Origin: a virus
Lineage: Duplodnaviria > Caudoviricetes
Length of the DNA stretch: 57,263 nucleotides
Virus record (IMG/VR): IMGVR_UViG_3300042114_000075
Coordinates: 1 to 57,263 of that record
Strand: one strand, 5' to 3'
Positions within the stretch are counted from its first letter, which is position 1. Every line of letters starts with the position of its first letter. Under the pieces are notes generated by a model. The model searched no databases. It worked only from the letters and a program-made list of their open reading frames with translations, and was not told where the DNA came from. The translations under genes and the position numbers were made by a program. Below are positions 49,511 through 57,263 of this stretch, piece after piece.

Positions 49511-51370
49511 ATGGCAACAGACGTAACAACCAATGTAATCAGATATGGTAGCAGGACATTTGGAGAAATCAGGACTGATTTAATATCATTAATTAGACAA
49601 ACGTACCCAACAGTTCTTAGTGACTTCACCGATTCGAGTGTAGGTGCAATGCTTATTGACTTAAATGCTGGTGTAGCCAACAATTTGAGTATCAATACTG
49701 ATAGGGCATTTCAGGAAACGCAGCTTGAATATGCACAGCAAGACATGTCGATTCTTAATATTGCAAAAAATATGGGATTCAACATACCCGCAAAAAGACC
49801 GTCTGTGACTGTTGTGGATTTTACTGTTATTATTCCTGTATTGGGTAATTCACCCGATTCATCATATTATCCAACATTGGATGCTGGTGCACAGGTTATT
49901 GGTGGTGGTAAAACGTTTGAAACGCAAAGCATTATTGATTGGAGTTCACCGTTAAGTAATTTAGGTAATATTAATCGTTCAATTATCCCCAATTTTGATT
50001 CAAATGGTACTGTTATCAATTATAGCGTTACTAAAAGAGAGGTGGTATTAAATGGTTCAACATCAATATACAGGAGAACAATTTCATCTGCTGATATTAT
50101 ACCATTCTTTCAAATAACATTGCCAGACCCTAATGTAATTGGTATTGACAGTATTATTTTGGTTGAAGGTAATCCGACAACTAATCCAACTGCTGGCGAC
50201 TTCAATACTTCATCAAACAGATATTATGAAGTAGATTATCTTGCACAGCAAAGAGTATTTGTTGAAAATTATCAGGCTTCAGCAACATTAGCTGAATTGG
50301 CTGCAACAACTGGAATTAAAGCTGCTCGTTGGTTTGATGTTACAAAGAAATTCATAAAAGAATTTACAGCAAATGGTTATTGCCAAGTAACTTTTGGTTC
50401 TGGTGATGCTGATGCTGACGCATTTAAGTCAGGATTACTTAAGGTTGGTGTTAGTAATAAGTTCTTTCTTGAAAACTTTTTAAATAATACTGCATTGGGT
50501 GAAAAATTAAAAGCAAATTATACTCTATTCATTAAATATAGGACAGGTGGTGGCTCAAATTCTAATGTCGGTGCAAGAATATTAACACAAATGGGTAACT
50601 TTAACTTACGTGCTGATAGAGGGTCACGTCAGGATTTTAGACAAGCTGTTGTAAGAAGTTTAACAGTAAATAACCCAATACCTGCTATTGGTGGTAATAA
50701 TGGACTAAGTGTTGAACAAATCAGACAATTGATTAAGTACAATTTTTCTTCACAAATGAGGGATGTTACACTTACTGACTATTTGCTACAGGTTTATAAG
50801 ATGGATGGTAAATATGGTTCGGCTTTCCGTGCAAATGCGTTTGAAATAAACAATAAGGTGGTTATATCAATACTTGATATTGGTGCTGATGGAACTCTGT
50901 CAAATTCAAGTAATACGTTACTTAAAGAGAATATTACTGAATATCTTAGTCAATTCAGAATGGTAAATGATTATGTTGAAGTTAAAGACGGTAGAATATT
51001 CAATCTGGCTTTTGATATTGACGTATATGTTGAAAATGTTTCCGATAATCAGGTTGCAAACAGTATTATAACAATTGTTCAAAATTATATGGACGTTAAT
51101 AACTACGAAATGAACGAAGATGTGTTTCTTGGTCAATTACAGTCTAAAATACTTACAGCAAATGGCGTTATAAACCTTATTGGCATTAAAGCGTATAATA
51201 AAACAGGCGGAAATTATTCAAGCAATGTGGTTTCACAAGCTTTAGTTAGTACTGTAACTGGTGAAATACAAATTATCAACAACACCATATATTCTGCCGA
51301 AGACTCTATGTTTGAAATCAAATATCCGAGTAAGGATATTCGAGTATTTTTAAGAAAGAAGGTAGGTTAA
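49511..51370 (+). CDS. Baseplate wedge protein (T4 gp6/baseplate J-like)
   Basis: RTFGEIRTDL..FTDSSVG..ETQLEYAQ..IAKNMG; FG.G; YRTGGG..SNVG; A.GG..RDVTLTDY. Confidence 0.85.
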   Translation: MATDVTTNVIRYGSRTFGEIRTDLISLIRQTYPTVLSDFTDSSVGAMLIDLNAGVANNLSINTDRAFQETQLEYAQQDMSILNIAKNMGFNIPAKRPSVTVVDFTVIIPVLGNSPDSSYYPTLDAGAQVIGGGKTFETQSIIDWSSPLSNLGNINRSIIPNFDSNGTVINYSVTKREVVLNGSTSIYRRTISSADIIPFFQITLPDPNVIGIDSIILVEGNPTTNPTAGDFNTSSNRYYEVDYLAQQRVFVENYQASATLAELAATTGIKAARWFDVTKKFIKEFTANGYCQVTFGSGDADADAFKSGLLKVGVSNKFFLENFLNNTALGEKLKANYTLFIKYRTGGGSNSNVGARILTQMGNFNLRADRGSRQDFRQAVVRSLTVNNPIPAIGGNNGLSVEQIRQLIKYNFSSQMRDVTLTDYLLQVYKMDGKYGSAFRANAFEINNKVVISILDIGADGTLSNSSNTLLKENITEYLSQFRMVNDYVEVKDGRIFNLAFDIDVYVENVSDNQVANSIITIVQNYMDVNNYEMNEDVFLGQLQSKILTANGVINLIGIKAYNKTGGNYSSNVVSQALVSTVTGEIQIINNTIYSAEDSMFEIKYPSKDIRVFLRKKVG

Positions 51371-51615
51371 TGGAAGTAATTAAAAAAAGAATTCTACAGG
51401 CGTTAACAACAGGTATAACTGCTACCACTGGTGGCAATAAGTATATTATTATACCCGATTTAGCTGCTGTTTATAACATAAAAATCGGATTGTGTTCGGT
51501 AGTTAAAGACATTGGATTTTTTGATACATATGTTTTACCTGTCCCACCATATAATCCATACTATTATTCATATGGTGGAATATCAATTCCAATTGGTTTG
51601 GAAAATTTAATGTAA
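51370..51615 (+). CDS. Small hypothetical virion protein
   Basis: Coupled to baseplate gene (TAATG overlap); TTGITATTGG motif. Confidence 0.6.
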   Translation: MEVIKKRILQALTTGITATTGGNKYIIIPDLAAVYNIKIGLCSVVKDIGFFDTYVLPVPPYNPYYYSYGGISIPIGLENLM

Positions 51616-51621
51616 TGGCGT

Positions 51622-52494
51622 ATGAAGATAATACAATCATATTCACATTTTGATGAAGGAAGTCCTTATTTAAATAGTAAAGACAATGTTGAACGAAAAA
51701 TTTTAAATTTCTATAGTTTTTTTCTCAGTTATTTGACATTAAAAAAATATTATGGAAGTGTGACAATGCACTGTAACCAAAAGGGTTATGATATGCTAAT
51801 AAAATATATACCGTATGATAATGTTGAAATAGTTGAAAATCAAAACTCATTTAAGCATTGGAACTATTATAAGGTAGATATTATAAAACAAATGACCGAA
51901 GATTTTATACATGTTGATTCGGATGTGTTTATTTTTGGTGGGTTATTTTCTGAATATATTGCAAATCCTAAATATGATGTCATTGTACAAGACACGTTAG
52001 CTAAAAATCAAAACATTGCCAATGATTATGTCACAACATTTAACGATTATCTTTTAAAGAACAATATTTTTGACCCAAACATATATGATGGAAAATGTTT
52101 TAGCTGTGGTACTATTGGTATGAGAATTGAATTAAAAGATGGGTATACTGGAATGTGTGATGCAATTAAAAGTGGAATTGAAATGCAATCAAGTTACAAT
52201 CCATATTATATTGGAATGGTTTGTGAAGAGTTGGCAATGTATTTATATGCACAGAAGCATGGCTTGAAAACATATGAAGTGTTGCCGTTTGAACTGGTAC
52301 AAGAAAAAGGTCCTTTTGAAACAGGTAATATTGTAAAATATACCCACATGTGGTTTCAAACCAAATTTGACTCAAAATATGTAAAATTAATTAGGAATAA
52401 AATTCTCAAAGATTTTCCAGAACATCGTGGTAGTGTAGAAAAATACGAAAAGGAAATAATTTCAAAAACAAATATTTTAAAAGAAATATCTTAA
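51622..52494 (+). CDS. GT-A-like nucleotide-sugar transferase (DUF6734-like)
   Basis: MKIIQS..LSYLTLKKYY..W..YK..FIHVDSDVF (DxD)..EE..YTHMW. Confidence 0.6.
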   Translation: MKIIQSYSHFDEGSPYLNSKDNVERKILNFYSFFLSYLTLKKYYGSVTMHCNQKGYDMLIKYIPYDNVEIVENQNSFKHWNYYKVDIIKQMTEDFIHVDSDVFIFGGLFSEYIANPKYDVIVQDTLAKNQNIANDYVTTFNDYLLKNNIFDPNIYDGKCFSCGTIGMRIELKDGYTGMCDAIKSGIEMQSSYNPYYIGMVCEELAMYLYAQKHGLKTYEVLPFELVQEKGPFETGNIVKYTHMWFQTKFDSKYVKLIRNKILKDFPEHRGSVEKYEKEIISKTNILKEIS

Positions 52495-52496
52495 AC

Positions 52497-52943
52497 ATGG
52501 AAATAAGTGGTACATCAACAAGTAGGTTAGCTGAATTAAGAAAATACACGATAACATCTGTGTTTTCTAAGCAATATGTTACTGGCGGTACTTATACTAC
52601 TGATGGTGTTGATTTGGCACAATCCAATACTGGTTCAAGCGTAACATATTTTCTTGGTGGTATTAAATATGTTGATATGATAACTGGCAGTACATCTGGA
52701 ACTACATTTGTTTTCTATACTCCACAAGGAATCACAACCGCAAACTTTACTGACGCTCCATACTATAAAAACCCGAATAAAGAAAATATTATTAGTAATC
52801 CGAATATTGACGATGACGTATTTATAGTAAGACAACAACTATCAGCCTTTGACCAAAATTATAGGCTTGAATACATTAAGAATTTAAGTGATTTAACCAC
52901 ATATGCTGGTGGAAATTTCTTTAACATAGTAAACAACTCATAA
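52497..52943 (+). CDS. Hypothetical virion protein
   Basis: Thr/Gly-rich ORF in the baseplate block. Confidence 0.65.
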   Translation: MEISGTSTSRLAELRKYTITSVFSKQYVTGGTYTTDGVDLAQSNTGSSVTYFLGGIKYVDMITGSTSGTTFVFYTPQGITTANFTDAPYYKNPNKENIISNPNIDDDVFIVRQQLSAFDQNYRLEYIKNLSDLTTYAGGNFFNIVNNS

Positions 52944-52949
52944 ACAATG

Positions 52950-53159
52950 GGAAATCAACATATATACAAATAATTAAACTTTTTATGAAAAAGAAACCAT
53001 TTATATAACGAAACAAATAGGGACACGTTATCCCGAATTTACGCTTGTGGACAACCCAACTATGGATGACAAGGGAGTAATCCCCCTAAAAAGTAGTGGT
53101 TGGTTGAAACAAGAAGAAAAAACTAAGATACATAATTTTTCTTAGATTTTTTTAAACGG
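52950..53159 (+). mobile_element. Non-autonomous IS607-like remnant retaining the tnpB 3' end and right end
   Basis: 53011-53145 translates to KQIGTRYPEFTLVDNPTMDDKGVIPLKSSGWLKQEEK..*, resembling TnpB C-terminal tails, with no start codon; several hairpins; bounded by GG dinucleotides. Confidence 0.6.
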
Positions 53160-53234
53160 TAAATAATAATGTCATGCCAGTTGAAATTATTATCATGGAT
53201 AAAAATTATATTAAAGAAACTAAAACTATTTAAA

Positions 53235-54137
53235 GTGAGCATTGGAACATATGGTATTACTAGACCCTCAGACGTAAGTATCAACGATATTACGATGTAT
53301 TATAATTATACACCTGATAGGTATACCTTAAATAATGACATTCTTGCATTAACACCATCTGAGTTGTTACAGTATTGTTATTTACCAGCAGGCGATGAAA
53401 ATGCAGTTGGAAGTGAAAATCTTTTAGAAGGTCTATATAATTTAACTCTACCTGCATCAATTTTTAATCAAATAGGAATTTATACAATCTACATTAAACC
53501 GAAAATGGTTAATAGTGTCGTTGTCGATTGTAGTGTATTATCCGCATTACCAACAGTAAAAGGTATTGTTTTAGATTTAAATTCATTACCAACTGAATTG
53601 CAGACGAATAATGCAATGCAGGGTTATAGAATTGAATATCTCGATGGTAATTTGAATAAAATAAGAAATATTGTTAGATATGTTGTGACTTCAAATAAAG
53701 TATCACCTGTCAGTGAAAATATTGGTAATACAAGTCAAAAAGCAATTAGGTATCGTTTTGATGATGCTGGCACGTTGTTATTTCTACAGTTAACTCCAAG
53801 TAGTGCATCGGATGTAAAACCAAACGCTACACCATTTATTGGAAACATCGGTCAAACAATATTGATATCCAACACATATTTCTCACCAATTGTTATTGAG
53901 GTTGATTTGGTTGAAAACACCATTGATACTATTGCAAACATAGTTGCTGGTGAACAGGTTAAAGACGTTCAAAATGGTATACTAACATACTATGACCAAG
54001 ACAGAGTGATTACTAAACAGTTTAATTTATATGAAATTAAAGATAGTGTGCTTGACGTTCCATTGTATGAGGTAAAGGAAAAACGAACAACTATTGACGA
54101 AACACAAAGCTTTAACAATGTAATCTCAGTAGGATAA
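53235..54137 (+). CDS. Hypothetical virion/baseplate-region protein
   Basis: Probable GTG start at 53235 (SIGTYGITRP); long ORF in the structural block. Confidence 0.7.
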   Translation: MSIGTYGITRPSDVSINDITMYYNYTPDRYTLNNDILALTPSELLQYCYLPAGDENAVGSENLLEGLYNLTLPASIFNQIGIYTIYIKPKMVNSVVVDCSVLSALPTVKGIVLDLNSLPTELQTNNAMQGYRIEYLDGNLNKIRNIVRYVVTSNKVSPVSENIGNTSQKAIRYRFDDAGTLLFLQLTPSSASDVKPNATPFIGNIGQTILISNTYFSPIVIEVDLVENTIDTIANIVAGEQVKDVQNGILTYYDQDRVITKQFNLYEIKDSVLDVPLYEVKEKRTTIDETQSFNNVISVG

Positions 54138-54159
54138 TCATAATAATATGAAATAATGC

Positions 54160-54188
54160 AAAATCCCAAACCAATATTTTGGGATTTT
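54160..54188 (+). terminator. Rho-independent terminator
   Basis: AAAATCCCAAA-CCAATAT-TTTGGGATTTT. Confidence 0.75.
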
Positions 54189-54198
54189 CATTTTTATC

Positions 54199-54206
54199 GT
54201 ATTTAT
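54199..54206 (+). promoter_or_regulatory. GTATTTAT putative late promoter
   Basis: After terminator, 16 nt before GTG 54223. Confidence 0.65.
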
Positions 54207-54222
54207 ATTAAAATATAAGCTT

Positions 54223-57200
54223 GTGGCAAAAGTTAAAGTTATAAAGAATAATCTTGACCAGAATTTAAATGGTAATTTTTTTAACAATACTCCTTCTCAG
54301 ACAGTGTTTCAGTTTGGTAGTTTTGCTGTTACGTCAAATTTTGCAGGAAGAACACCTATTGACTATACAAATACATTAAGTTCATTTGTTCGTGCAGTAA
54401 CATTAGAAAACATGGGTGTTGATACCACCCAATCACAAATTCTTTATGGATATGCAACTAATGTTGTTCTAAACCTTGATAAATCTGATTTAAATACGTT
54501 CATTAGGTTCGGTTCTGCATATGAATTTCTTAGAATTTCAATTGAAAAGATAATAACAGCATATCCATATAGCTTATTTGTAAATTCACAGATATTAAGA
54601 GGTGGAAATACTACATTCGAAGAGTTTAAATATAATATAGTAACCAATACTTCAATATTCAAAGTACCTGTAAGTGCTATTGTTAATACATATGGTCTTA
54701 CATATAATCAGGGAAATGTCGCAATACCAGATAATAAACCATTAAGAAACCTGAACATATCATATGAAAAATATATTGTTTGGTTACCGTCAAATCCGAG
54801 TGGAAATAGCTTTAATGTTATTGGATTTACAGGTAATTCAAGCGGTAAATTATATGTGACAATTAAAACAACAGGTAATCCGTTCCCCAATGTTACTGGA
54901 AGTACTGGTCAAATGGACCTTCACATTAAGCCAAATAACTTTATTTTCGAAGAATTTAGAGCATTGTTAACCGATTATGAAAAATATATCGTTTCAGCAC
55001 GTGCTACAAATTATTCTGGATTTGAATTTACATTGAATGAACCAATATTACTTGATGACGGTAGTATCACCTATTCAAATGCCATGTTATTGTGGTCTAC
55101 GTCTGATGGTTATAATCTTGATATAAACACGTCTAGTTATCAGAACTTTTTGGAAGCCGTGTTGATAATTGGTGCTAAGTATGATAAGGTTAAAACTGAC
55201 TTAATTGCTAGATTTTTAACACCTGCTTCATTAAAAGTTTATGACCTTACCGAAGAAGGTAAGATGACTAAGCTATTGAGAATTTATGGTGCTGAGTTTG
55301 ACCAAATGCGAACATTTATTGACTCATTGGTGTATATTAATAGAGTTACATACCCAAAAATAAATAACATTCCAGACCAGTTAATAAAAAACCTATCAAG
55401 AACATTTGGCTGGGATTATTTTTCACTGGTTAATGAACAAGAACTTGTTAATAGTTTTTTAACTATTGATGAAAACGAAAGAAATTTAAATGAAGATTTA
55501 CTTCCAGCAGAAATTGATATTGAACTCTGGAGAAGAATCTTAATTAATACGAATTATTTTTGGAAATCAAAAGGCACGAGAGAAGCAATCAAATCGATGT
55601 TCTTATTAATTGGTATTCCCGAACCGTTTATTAATATCACCGAATATGTTTATACTGTTGATGGTAAAATAAATCCAAACACAGTTCCTTTCACTGAATT
55701 AGATTTTCCAAATGGTTCATTACCATATGATACCGATGGCTATCCTGTTGCACCGTTAGAAACAGCAGATTTTTATTTTCAAATATCCGGCAATAGTGAT
55801 AGCGGTCAGGCATATATGGATAACTTTAGGAAAGCTGGTTTTAATTTAAAAAGAACCATTGATAATAAAAAGTCATGGGTAGAAGCTGGTGCAACCAACA
55901 GGATTGATGATACAACACCGCAATATTATCAGGAAGACAGTAAATTGGTTATAAATACAAAGGAAATTGATGTGGCACTTGATACTGCACGTGGTATTGA
56001 ATATGACGTTTACCAATATATATTAACTGACTTCGCTGTTAATTCAAGCGGATATACATTACCCTTTTCGTATGTTAACATATCTTTGGGTGTTAGTGCA
56101 AGTCAACAGACATTTGCAATGCCACAGAAGACACAGGGCGACTTTGAAGTAAGATATAATGGTATTCTATTAAATGCTCCTAAAAGTGGTACTACTGGTG
56201 GTATATTTACAACTGGTCTAACAACTGGTGCTACTGAACAGAGTGATTATACTATCGATTATGGCGCAAATACGTTTACTATAACAAATCCAGCTATAAA
56301 TTTTGGAAATCGTAGAGACGTAATTCAGGCAACATATATTTATAGTGGTACTACATCACAAACAGGAATAACAACTTCTGTTCAATATGTTGTAACAAGA
56401 GTTAATGCAAATGTGAATGGAACAGCAATACCGTTACCAACAATGCCACGTGGTGATGTTCAGGTAACAATTAATGGTATTGCACTTACTAAAGGTACAC
56501 CACAATTTGTTGCTGATTATATTGTTGACCCAAATAATACATCTGGTTCGAGTCAAATTATTATACAAAATGCCGAAGTAATTGCATATTTAAGGGTTAA
56601 CCCAATGATTCAGGTTGCCTATGTTGAAGTTCAGAATAACAATGATATTGCTGCACGTAGTGAAATCGTGAGAGTAGATAGTTTCAGTAGTAGTAAAATA
56701 TACTTTAATCAGTCTGCAAATAAATATGTGTATAAGTTAAACTATAAAGCAAATAATGCCAGTAATATTAAAGTATTAGTTAACGGTATTGGATTAGAGC
56801 CAAATACTGATTATAGTATTAATGTGCAGAATCTTTACGAAGTTTTCCTACCTAAAGGAATTAAATATGGCGATGTTATTAGTGTTTATTATCTTGTTGG
56901 TGGAAATGCTGTTTTTAATCCTGTTGTAAGCGATATATTTGGTGTTGGTGATATAAGCCAGTTATCATTCCTTGAATTTATGGAATTGATACAGAGAAAA
57001 ATGATAAATGCCAGAAACAGAAAAACAATTTCTGACTTTAAGGGCGGCTGGTATCCATCATTGCAGAGAATATATTTAGAATACATGAGAAGGTCGTTGC
57101 TTCCAGAGAATGACCCATTACATTCTAATGGTTATACCTTTGCAAACCTATATCCGTTTTTAAATAAATATAATGCATTCTTTCAAAGATTTGTAGACCA

Positions 57201-57263
57201 ATTGCTTTCAGCAACAATTATTTTAAGAGGTTCTGGATTATTGGTTAGAAACAGTATATTCAC
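54223..57263 (+). CDS. Large baseplate/tail protein (over 1000 aa), 3' truncated; absent from the ORF track
   Basis: Frame 1 reads open from GTG 54223 (MAKVKVIKNN) to window end; NIPDQLIKNL..FGW and LWRRILIN..WKSKGTREAI resemble baseplate wedge (gp7/tail I-like) proteins. Confidence 0.75.
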   Translation, partial: MAKVKVIKNNLDQNLNGNFFNNTPSQTVFQFGSFAVTSNFAGRTPIDYTNTLSSFVRAVTLENMGVDTTQSQILYGYATNVVLNLDKSDLNTFIRFGSAYEFLRISIEKIITAYPYSLFVNSQILRGGNTTFEEFKYNIVTNTSIFKVPVSAIVNTYGLTYNQGNVAIPDNKPLRNLNISYEKYIVWLPSNPSGNSFNVIGFTGNSSGKLYVTIKTTGNPFPNVTGSTGQMDLHIKPNNFIFEEFRALLTDYEKYIVSARATNYSGFEFTLNEPILLDDGSITYSNAMLLWSTSDGYNLDINTSSYQNFLEAVLIIGAKYDKVKTDLIARFLTPASLKVYDLTEEGKMTKLLRIYGAEFDQMRTFIDSLVYINRVTYPKINNIPDQLIKNLSRTFGWDYFSLVNEQELVNSFLTIDENERNLNEDLLPAEIDIELWRRILINTNYFWKSKGTREAIKSMFLLIGIPEPFINITEYVYTVDGKINPNTVPFTELDFPNGSLPYDTDGYPVAPLETADFYFQISGNSDSGQAYMDNFRKAGFNLKRTIDNKKSWVEAGATNRIDDTTPQYYQEDSKLVINTKEIDVALDTARGIEYDVYQYILTDFAVNSSGYTLPFSYVNISLGVSASQQTFAMPQKTQGDFEVRYNGILLNAPKSGTTGGIFTTGLTTGATEQSDYTIDYGANTFTITNPAINFGNRRDVIQATYIYSGTTSQTGITTSVQYVVTRVNANVNGTAIPLPTMPRGDVQVTINGIALTKGTPQFVADYIVDPNNTSGSSQIIIQNAEVIAYLRVNPMIQVAYVEVQNNNDIAARSEIVRVDSFSSSKIYFNQSANKYVYKLNYKANNASNIKVLVNGIGLEPNTDYSINVQNLYEVFLPKGIKYGDVISVYYLVGGNAVFNPVVSDIFGVGDISQLSFLEFMELIQRKMINARNRKTISDFKGGWYPSLQRIYLEYMRRSLLPENDPLHSNGYTFANLYPFLNKYNAFFQRFVDQLLSATIILRGSGLLVRNSIF

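Noticed and set aside
9421-54207. T4-type TATAAATA late promoters driving antisense transcription
   Set aside because: The motif's position just before + strand starts, and its flip at the one minus-strand gene, show it follows gene direction
165-57086. Many short minus-strand and alternate-frame ORFs in the track
   Set aside because: Shadows of long + strand genes with no motifs; only the 20450-20747 remnant is supported on the minus strand
1-57263. tRNA or rRNA genes
   Set aside because: No cloverleaf or rRNA-like sequence recognised in the few intergenic gaps; a tRNAscan/Infernal run would be needed to exclude them fully

Overview
A 57-kb segment of an AT-rich, large (jumbo-type) myovirus-like phage genome; essentially every real gene is on the + strand. 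The host is probably Bacteroidota, judging from two TTG-N19/20-TAnnTTTG promoters and the lack of obvious Shine-Dalgarno sites. Order along the window: (1) 1-20.4 kb, tail fibre/adhesin and virion genes, several Cys-rich, plus a GIY-YIG endonuclease and a GT9-like glycosyltransferase; (2) 20.9-27.8 kb, a replication unit (SNF2 helicase, QueC-like ATPase, family B DNA polymerase); (3) 27.9-44 kb, an effector block (NUDIX, WYL, two giant multidomain proteins of 1640 and about 1350 aa carrying kinase-like, GNAT, CCA-adding, ART-like and 2H-phosphoesterase domains plus a 4x repeated unrecognised domain, a HAD phosphatase-ART fusion, a ParB-like protein); (4) an intein-containing glycosyltransferase and unknown genes; (5) 49.1 kb to the end, baseplate genes. 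A GTATTTAT motif precedes most transcription units and is probably a phage late promoter. Best candidate for a new system: domain boundaries in the effector block carry hydrophobic-x-Glu motifs like T4 prohead protease sites, suggesting head-packaged polyproteins cut into injected anti-defence/tRNA-repair enzymes. Also seen: a possible virion glycosylation system, two orphan TnpB-element right ends, four decayed homing endonucleases, an in-frame TGA and a T9 frameshift. All family assignments come from motif recognition by eye; no searches were run.
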